The position numbers and the translations under genes were made by a program. Below, one piece after another: positions 57,586 through 64,000 of a stretch of DNA of 64,000 bases (the first letter of the stretch is position 1; each line of letters begins with the position of its first letter). The notes below the pieces were generated by a model. That model was not told where the DNA came from. It saw only the letters and a list, made by a program, of their open reading frames with translations, and did not search any database. Source of the stretch: an uncultured Pseudomonadales bacterium (lineage in GTDB: Bacteria; Patescibacteriota; Microgenomatia; UBA1400; PJMF01); contig CAYPPX010000001.1 in assembly GCA_964412775.1 (NCBI GenBank), positions 141,473 through 205,472 of the forward strand, read 5' to 3'.

Positions 57586-58215
57586 ATGTCGGATAAAGCT
57601 GTTTTGCTTGGGGAATTGCGTAAAAAACTTGAAAAATCTTACCAAACTTTGCCTTTAGCGATCAAAAAAGAAGATTTAGTTCACGGTGAAGGTGATCCTG
57701 AAGCCAAGGTAATGTGTATTGGTGAAGCTCCCGGACGAGAAGAGGCAGCTCAGCGTCGACCATTTGTGGGTCGTTCTGGTCAGTTATTAAGAAAAAAGTT
57801 AACCGAAATTGGTTTGCCACCAGAAAAAGTATTTATTAGTAATATTGTCAAAGTACGGCCACCAGAGAATCGTGATCCAACCCCAACAGAAATCTCGGCT
57901 TATCGACCATTTTTAAACCAAGAAATCGAGATTATTAAACCAGAGATTATTGTTACTTTGGGTAGATTTAGTATGGCAAAGTTTTTGCCAGAAGTAAAAA
58001 TTTCGGAAGTTCATGGTCGGCTACATAAAGTTGTTTGGGAAGGCAGAGATTTATTTATTATGCCGATGTATCATCCGGCTGCAGCTTTACGGGCAACAAA
58101 AATGATGGAATCATTTACCTATGATTTTAAAAAGTTACCTAAGATTTTATCTTGGTTAGCAGAACAAACTAAAACTAATAACTTAAAAGGAAATATTAAA
58201 GACATTTTATTTTAG
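57586..58215 (+). CDS. family-4 uracil-DNA glycosylase
   Basis: GEAPG motif, RPFVGRSG block, and HPAA block. Confidence 0.8.
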   Translation: MSDKAVLLGELRKKLEKSYQTLPLAIKKEDLVHGEGDPEAKVMCIGEAPGREEAAQRRPFVGRSGQLLRKKLTEIGLPPEKVFISNIVKVRPPENRDPTPTEISAYRPFLNQEIEIIKPEIIVTLGRFSMAKFLPEVKISEVHGRLHKVVWEGRDLFIMPMYHPAAALRATKMMESFTYDFKKLPKILSWLAEQTKTNNLKGNIKDILF

Positions 58216-58232
58216 ACTTGAAAGGAAAAAAT

Positions 58233-59900
58233 ATGTCAGAACTTAGAATTGTGCCATTGGGTGGCCTAGGAAAAGTAACCCAAAATATGTATTTATACGA
58301 ATATGACAATGAAATTTTGATTGTTGATTGTGGGATTGGTTTCCCAGACGAATATATGCCTGGAGTTGATACCTTAATTCCAGATACTAGTTTCTTGCAT
58401 GAGGAACTCAAAAAAGGTAAAAAGATTGTTGGCATTGCTATTTCTCATGGTCACGAAGATCACATGGGTGCATTACCCTATGTTTTACCAGAGTTTGAAG
58501 AAATTCCACAAATTTGGGGTTCACAACTAACTGTTGGTTTTATTAATAAAAAACTTCAAGATGAAAATATCTCGACCCCACTGAATATTTTTAAAGACTT
58601 AACTCCAGTGAAGTTTGGTCAATATTTTTCGGTGATGACGATTGCCGTAACTCACTCAGTGCCAGACACTAAGCATTTAGTAATTGAAACTCCTGAGGGA
58701 ATTATTTATCACGGTTCTGACTTTAAGTTGGATGAACATCCAATTGATGGAGTGAAGACTGATCTTGAATCAATCAAAAAAGTGGCTGACCAAGGAATTA
58801 CCTTGGCCATGATTGATTGTTTAAGAGTTGAAAACTTAGAGAGAACTCCCTCTGAAGCTGAGACCGGTCCTGAATTGGAAAAACTAATGATTAATACCAA
58901 AGGCAAATACATTGTGACTTTAATGAGTTCACATATTCATCGTATTCAACAAATTGTTGATGCTGCCAAAAGACAAGGCAGAAAAGTGGCTTTTATTGGT
59001 CGCTCGGTCGAACAAAATGTGAAGATTGCGATGGAACTAAATAAACTCCATATGCCAGAGGGCGTAATGATCGATAAGCGTGATACTGATCAGTATCGAG
59101 ATAAAGAACTGTGTATTGTGATCGCTGGTAGCCAGGGTCAGGAAGGCTCATCTTTGATTAGAGCCGTATTTGGTGAACATCGCCAGGTGCAGATTTTGCC
59201 TGATGATAAAGTAGTCTTTTCAGCCAACGTTATTCCTGGTAATGAAATCCCTTACTATCGAGCAATTAATGAGTTAGCCAGTAATGGCATTAATGTAGTT
59301 TACCCTGATGTCGATGCTGATATTCATAAATCTGGTCATGCCAGTGCTGCTGAACAGCGTGATTTAGCCAAAATCCTGAAAGCCAAGTATTTAATGCCGA
59401 TTGGTGGTGAAGATCGCCATCGAGCTAAGTTTAGAGAATATGTTTCTCAATCTTTGGGTTATAAAAAAGAATTCACGGTTATTCCAGCTCACGAAGAAGT
59501 TTTGGGTATTAGTAATGGTGAGATTAAGATTGTTGATCACATCTCGATTAAACCTAGAGCGGTCGATGGTCTAGGTATTGGTGATGTTGGTCCAACAGTG
59601 TTGTCTGACCGACGTTCTTTATCTCAGGCTGGCATGATTGTGTTAATTTTACCAAAGGTTGCTGGTAGATTTGATTTGGCCAAAATGGATGTCGTTTCTC
59701 GTGGTTTTGTGTTTATGAAAGAAGCCAATGAAGTGATTGACTTCATCAAACAAGAAACTGCTAATATTCTAGATCAAGCCGATGAAAAAAATCTTAAGGA
59801 TGATGACAAGTTGGTGATGTTAGAACGAAAACTAGCAAGAAAACTTTACAAGGTAATTCGTCGTGAGCCGATGATTATTCCAGTAATTTTGGATGTATAA
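58233..59900 (+). CDS. rnj: ribonuclease J (metallo-beta-lactamase/beta-CASP)
   Basis: HGHEDH motif, beta-CASP region and C-terminal domain. ATG at 58233 with RBS AAAGGAAAAAAT. Confidence 0.85.
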   Translation: MSELRIVPLGGLGKVTQNMYLYEYDNEILIVDCGIGFPDEYMPGVDTLIPDTSFLHEELKKGKKIVGIAISHGHEDHMGALPYVLPEFEEIPQIWGSQLTVGFINKKLQDENISTPLNIFKDLTPVKFGQYFSVMTIAVTHSVPDTKHLVIETPEGIIYHGSDFKLDEHPIDGVKTDLESIKKVADQGITLAMIDCLRVENLERTPSEAETGPELEKLMINTKGKYIVTLMSSHIHRIQQIVDAAKRQGRKVAFIGRSVEQNVKIAMELNKLHMPEGVMIDKRDTDQYRDKELCIVIAGSQGQEGSSLIRAVFGEHRQVQILPDDKVVFSANVIPGNEIPYYRAINELASNGINVVYPDVDADIHKSGHASAAEQRDLAKILKAKYLMPIGGEDRHRAKFREYVSQSLGYKKEFTVIPAHEEVLGISNGEIKIVDHISIKPRAVDGLGIGDVGPTVLSDRRSLSQAGMIVLILPKVAGRFDLAKMDVVSRGFVFMKEANEVIDFIKQETANILDQADEKNLKDDDKLVMLERKLARKLYKVIRREPMIIPVILDV

Positions 59901-60025
59901 GCCTCGATCTGGCTATGCTATATTGAATGAGTTATAGACCTTGAGGTTATTGTTGTGTTTCTTACTACTTGACTTTAACTAAAAAGTATCCTATAACTTT
60001 TAATAGTGAGATATCCCTAGATGGG

Positions 60026-62191
60026 ATGTTTATGGCTAAAAAAAGACATCGAAGCAAAAGAAATCAGCTCAAAATTACCATTCCACCAGAAACTCTGAAT
60101 TCGGTGGTAGCGGTAGTGTTAATGTTATTTGGGGTGATGATCATGGTGTCTTTCTCTGGCCAAGGTTTACTGTTACAAAAAGTAAATAGCTTTTTTATTA
60201 CCAAGCTTGGTTTGGCCATGTTAGTGTTACCGTTTGTCTTTATCTCTGCTGGTTTGGCGATGCTGAGAGCTAAATGGTCTTGGTCTAAGCCACACGTATT
60301 GCTTGGCACTTTGCTAATTATGTTGTCAATTTTGGGTATGGGTAAGACAGGTGAGGTAGGAAAATCATTATTTACTAATTTAGCGGTATTACTAACACCA
60401 GTTGGTACTTTTATTTTGTTTTTGGCCACTGGTTTGATTGGTTTTTTGGTGATGACTCATTGGTCGATTGCTGAAATAGTGAAGTTTTTAGCTAAGAAAA
60501 AGACAGATAAGGAGGCAGTCAAAGAAGCTAACGATTTATTTAGTACTGATAAAAAAGGTTTCAACTTACCTAGATTGCCACTTGGTAATTTAGGAAAAAA
60601 GAGTTTTGAAATTAACGATGGCAGAAAAGATGTTTTGCCTGAAGAAGTGAAAAAAGAAGTTGCTCCTGCTTCAGTTGAACCAGCTGAAAAAAAACCAGTT
60701 GAAGGACGTAATTTACTGAAACAAACCGATATGATGCCTAAAAATACTCCAGTGCTATGGGAGTATCCTTCTTTAGAATTATTGTCCAACAAACCCGGTG
60801 GTAAAGCCCAACGTGGTGATGTTAAAGCTAATGCCCAAATTATTGAAAACACCTTAGACTCTTTTGGTATTAAAGCCAGAGTGGCAGAAGTTAATTACGG
60901 TCCAGCTGTCACTCAATATGCCTTGGAAATTACCAAAGGTACTCGGTTATCCAAGATTACTAGTTTGGCTACGGACTTAGCTTTAGCCTTGGCTGCACCC
61001 ACTGGTCAGATCCGAGTTGAGGCACCAATTGCTGGTCGTTCACTGGTGGGTATTGAAGTACCAAATCACTCTGCCGAGTTTGTCACTTTGAAAGAGATGC
61101 TGGCTTCTAAGTCAATGAAAGACCATAAATCCAAATTGGCAGTTTCGCTGGGTATTGATGTGGCGGGTAAGCCAATTGTGGCTGACATTTCCAAGATGCC
61201 TCATACCTTAATTGCTGGTGCTACTGGTTCCGGTAAATCTGTGGCGATTAATGCTTTTATGAGCTCGATTCTTTTTAGAGCCAGTCCAGATGAAGTTAAG
61301 TTTATTTTGGTTGATCCCAAACGGGTCGAGTTGACTGGTTACAACGATATTCCTCACTTATTGACCCCAGTGATTGTCGAGCCAAGTAAAGTGGTTTCTG
61401 CTTTGAAGTGGGCAGTTAAGTTAATGGAGGATCGTTACAAGCAATTAGCCGAGGTTGGGGTCAAGAATATTGATTCATATAATGAGTTGGCTGGCTTGGC
61501 GGCAATGCCAAGTGTGGTGATTGTGATCGATGAGTTGGCTGATGTGATGTTATTTGCGCCAAATGAAGTGGAAGAGTGTATTACCAGAATTGCTCAAATG
61601 GCTCGTGCGGTGGGTATTCACTTAGTGCTGGCTACTCAGCGACCTTCTGTGGATGTCATCACTGGTTTAATCAAAGCCAACATTCCTACCCGGATTGCTT
61701 TTAACGTTTCATCTCAAACAGATTCTAGAGTTATCTTGGATGGCCCTGGTGCAGAAAAGCTTCTGGGTCGTGGAGATATGCTGTATTTGCCTCCAGATAA
61801 GGCCAAACCAGTGCGTATTCAGGGTACCTACATCTCTGAGCACGAAACCAAAGCTTTGACTGATTTCTTGCGCTCACAAGGTAAAGAACCTGATTACAAA
61901 GAAGAGATTACTACCAAGTATAAGGCTGGTACAGTTAGTGGTGGTTCAGGTGGCACTGACGGTGAAGATCGTGATGATTTATTTATGGAAGCAGCCAGAT
62001 TATTTTCCAAATATGATAAGGCTTCTTCTTCACTGATTCAGCGTCGGTTGTCAGTGGGTTATGCTAGAGCGGCGAGAATTCTTGATCAGCTTTATGAAGC
62101 TGGGATGGTGGGTCCTCCAGAAGGTAGTAAACCTAGAGAGGTCTTCGTGCAAAAAATTCAAGAATATTTAAGTACTCAGACTGATGGTTAG
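60026..62191 (+). CDS. ftsK: DNA translocase FtsK/SpoIIIE
   Basis: N-terminal TM segments, Walker A GATGSGKS, the HLVLATQRP block, and a gamma-like C-terminus. First in-frame ATG at 60026. The ORF track starts at the TTG at 59969. Confidence 0.85.
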   Translation: MFMAKKRHRSKRNQLKITIPPETLNSVVAVVLMLFGVMIMVSFSGQGLLLQKVNSFFITKLGLAMLVLPFVFISAGLAMLRAKWSWSKPHVLLGTLLIMLSILGMGKTGEVGKSLFTNLAVLLTPVGTFILFLATGLIGFLVMTHWSIAEIVKFLAKKKTDKEAVKEANDLFSTDKKGFNLPRLPLGNLGKKSFEINDGRKDVLPEEVKKEVAPASVEPAEKKPVEGRNLLKQTDMMPKNTPVLWEYPSLELLSNKPGGKAQRGDVKANAQIIENTLDSFGIKARVAEVNYGPAVTQYALEITKGTRLSKITSLATDLALALAAPTGQIRVEAPIAGRSLVGIEVPNHSAEFVTLKEMLASKSMKDHKSKLAVSLGIDVAGKPIVADISKMPHTLIAGATGSGKSVAINAFMSSILFRASPDEVKFILVDPKRVELTGYNDIPHLLTPVIVEPSKVVSALKWAVKLMEDRYKQLAEVGVKNIDSYNELAGLAAMPSVVIVIDELADVMLFAPNEVEECITRIAQMARAVGIHLVLATQRPSVDVITGLIKANIPTRIAFNVSSQTDSRVILDGPGAEKLLGRGDMLYLPPDKAKPVRIQGTYISEHETKALTDFLRSQGKEPDYKEEITTKYKAGTVSGGSGGTDGEDRDDLFMEAARLFSKYDKASSSLIQRRLSVGYARAARILDQLYEAGMVGPPEGSKPREVFVQKIQEYLSTQTDG

Positions 62192-62193
62192 TA

Positions 62194-63417
62194 ATGTCTA
62201 AAAGTTATCAAAACCTAAAGTTAAAATTTTTATTTCTTTTAGCGATTTTACTTCAACTTTCTTATCTACTTTTTGCTTTATTTCAACAGCCATATTTTTA
62301 TTTTTTTCCCCATGGCAACGTCCATGAATTTCAGGGAATGGATTTTTACCAAGTACCGAATGGAGCTCATGCTTTTTTTGAGGGCGGTAGTTTAAATGGA
62401 GTTGTGCCTAAGGGGGAGCGTGGTTACTCATTTGGTAACTATAATGTTTATCATCCATTTTTTACGGTGGTAGTTGGTGGTTTATTACAGCTTTTTCAGC
62501 CAGAAACAGCTTTTTTACTGTGGAAGCTTTTTAATCCACTAGTCAAGTTATTGCTGATTTGGTTGGTTTATAAAAAAGTGATTTTGTCTAGCAACTCAAG
62601 TCAACTAAAAAAAACAGCTGTATTTGCCTTATTTATTTTTTTGGCTAATTTTGCTCAAGCTCTTGAAATGTGGAATGGTCAGTATCACTTTTTACTTGAT
62701 ACTGGAATTATTCTTTTCTTTTTATTTTATAAACATGATTTTTGGGCGGCGTTGGCTTTGGTGCTGACCTTTTTAGTCAAACCAGTTACGGTGTTATGGT
62801 TGCCTTTTTTATTGGTAGAAAAAAGATTTAGATTGGTAGCTTTGAGTGTGGCGATTTTTACCGCTGTTAGTTTACCTTTTTTACTAAATGGTAGTGGTGA
62901 GTATTACTTTACTAATCTTATTACGCGAATTGGTCAGCCAATTGGTGGGCCACCAGGAATTTTTACGCTTGATGCTTTACTTAGAACCTGGCAAGTAGGT
63001 TGGTATATTCAATATGGTTTATACCTAAAGGTCTTTATTTTGGTTGGGATTTTATTTTTACAGTGGCGAAAGCAACTTAGTTTTTGGCAAGTAGCTTTTT
63101 TGCTAACTTCTTTTTACTTGCTGTTTTATGATTTGGTTTTTGAGTATCATTACACCACTCTTGGAGCTTTGTTGGCTTTGGGCTTTTTATTTGAAAAGGC
63201 ATTTAAAGAAAAAATTATTCGACTTTTGGCTGTGAGTAGCATTTTAATGACACCTTATATTTTTATGTATATTTTGCAAGTTTGGACTGTTGGTCATTAT
63301 GTCGATAAAGTTGGTTGGAGTATTTTAGTTTTAAGTAAAATTGTGCCATTGATTTTACTTAATTTTTATTTGTTAAAAGCTAAAAGCAAAAAAACTTTAC
63401 TTAAAACTAGCAAGTAG
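62194..63417 (+). CDS. polytopic integral membrane protein (possible GT-C/DUF2029-like glycosyltransferase)
   Basis: 407 aa, about 10 TM helices, aromatic-rich loops. No catalytic motif identified. Confidence 0.35.
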   Translation: MSKSYQNLKLKFLFLLAILLQLSYLLFALFQQPYFYFFPHGNVHEFQGMDFYQVPNGAHAFFEGGSLNGVVPKGERGYSFGNYNVYHPFFTVVVGGLLQLFQPETAFLLWKLFNPLVKLLLIWLVYKKVILSSNSSQLKKTAVFALFIFLANFAQALEMWNGQYHFLLDTGIILFFLFYKHDFWAALALVLTFLVKPVTVLWLPFLLVEKRFRLVALSVAIFTAVSLPFLLNGSGEYYFTNLITRIGQPIGGPPGIFTLDALLRTWQVGWYIQYGLYLKVFILVGILFLQWRKQLSFWQVAFLLTSFYLLFYDLVFEYHYTTLGALLALGFLFEKAFKEKIIRLLAVSSILMTPYIFMYILQVWTVGHYVDKVGWSILVLSKIVPLILLNFYLLKAKSKKTLLKTSK

Positions 63418-63651
63418 TTTTAGTTTCTTTTCTTTAGTTAATTTTTTTAGTTCGGCTTCACGTTTACTCGCAGCAGATTTATCTGGATGTTTTTCTTGAT
63501 AGACTAGCTTTACTGGAGTTCTGCCACGGGTATATTTGGCACCTTTGCCAGCATTGTGGTTGGTAATTCTTTTTTCTAGATTATCAGAAATACCGGTATA
63601 AAGGGTTTGATCTGCACAGTGGATGATGTAAACAAACCAAGGGTGAGTCAT
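63397..63651 (-). CDS. GIY-YIG nuclease-family small protein (UPF0213/YhbQ-like)
   Basis: WFVYIIHCADQTLYTGISDNLEKRITNHN...YTRGR is the GIY-YIG signature. Confidence 0.75.
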   Translation of the reverse strand: MTHPWFVYIIHCADQTLYTGISDNLEKRITNHNAGKGAKYTRGRTPVKLVYQEKHPDKSAASKREAELKKLTKEKKLKLLASFK

Positions 63652-63681
63652 TTGGCCATTATATATGTAAAGTTAAAATCT

Positions 63682-63984
63682 CTAAAACTGTTCCAACTCT
63701 TCTGGCTCTCTTAGAATCACTGGGTTTTGTTGCACCGCCCAAATCTCATGATGAAACTCATCATAGTCATTAATTCTAAAGCGGTTGAACATCAAAAAAA
63801 TAAATTCCTTAACTTCGGCTTCCAAATATCCACGAGAAGTACCTCTAGCAGTTTTTAGTAGCATTTGGGCAATTTTTTCACCAATTTCTCTAGCCTTAGT
63901 TTTTCTTCTTGGGTTTAAGGTTGCTAATTCATTCATTAAGCTTTCGAAAGTGGCCTCAGTTTCTTTGTTTCTTCTAGACAGCAT
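63682..63984 (-). CDS. hypothetical protein (may extend beyond the window)
   Basis: 100-aa ORF with consistent coding composition. No motif. Confidence 0.3.
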   Translation of the reverse strand: MLSRRNKETEATFESLMNELATLNPRRKTKAREIGEKIAQMLLKTARGTSRGYLEAEVKEFIFLMFNRFRINDYDEFHHEIWAVQQNPVILREPEELEQF

Positions 63985-64000
63985 TTGAGCTCTAATTTCA

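Overview
Low-GC (about 38%) bacterial chromosomal window, compactly organised. It has many translationally coupled or overlapping genes, TTG and GTG starts, short forms of IF2, SufD and HrcA, a split or degenerate Pol I and Lon, and an LPxTG-like surface protein. This points to a reduced-genome, Gram-positive-type lineage, and on composition it could be a Candidate Phyla Radiation or Saccharibacteria-like genome. That assignment is inference only.

Most of the content is housekeeping:
- t6A tRNA modification: tsaD, plus a TsaC-TsaE fusion.
- An HrcA/CIRCE heat-shock regulon: groES-groEL, hrcA-grpE-dnaK, and dnaJ.
- Two tRNA-Met(CAT) genes.
- ftsH, trpS, nusA-infB-rpsO-pnp, and sufCBD...sufSU Fe-S assembly.
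- rpiB-rpe-LOG-PfkB, RNase J, FtsK, SOD, a family-4 UDG, and tandem NUDIX genes.

The most unusual items are:
- A GroES whose roof loop carries a 13-cysteine, metallothionein-like insertion.
- An island of about 0.9 kb at roughly 50% GC, with a foreign codon-usage pattern, encoding a tightly coupled two-gene membrane operon between the NHL-repeat protein gene and dnaJ.
- A 736-aa repeat protein with a possible pseudokinase-like C-terminus, wedged inside the suf operon.
- A Lon homologue that keeps only the AAA+ module (no LAN domain, no S16 peptidase), followed by three small helical proteins.
- Two CsaA/Trbp111-type tRNA-binding paralogs, one coupled to trpS and one to dnaJ.
- An HNH-nuclease-domain protein.
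- A GT2 + YfhO-like + secreted NHL-repeat protein cluster.

All calls rest on motif recognition by eye. No database search was possible.
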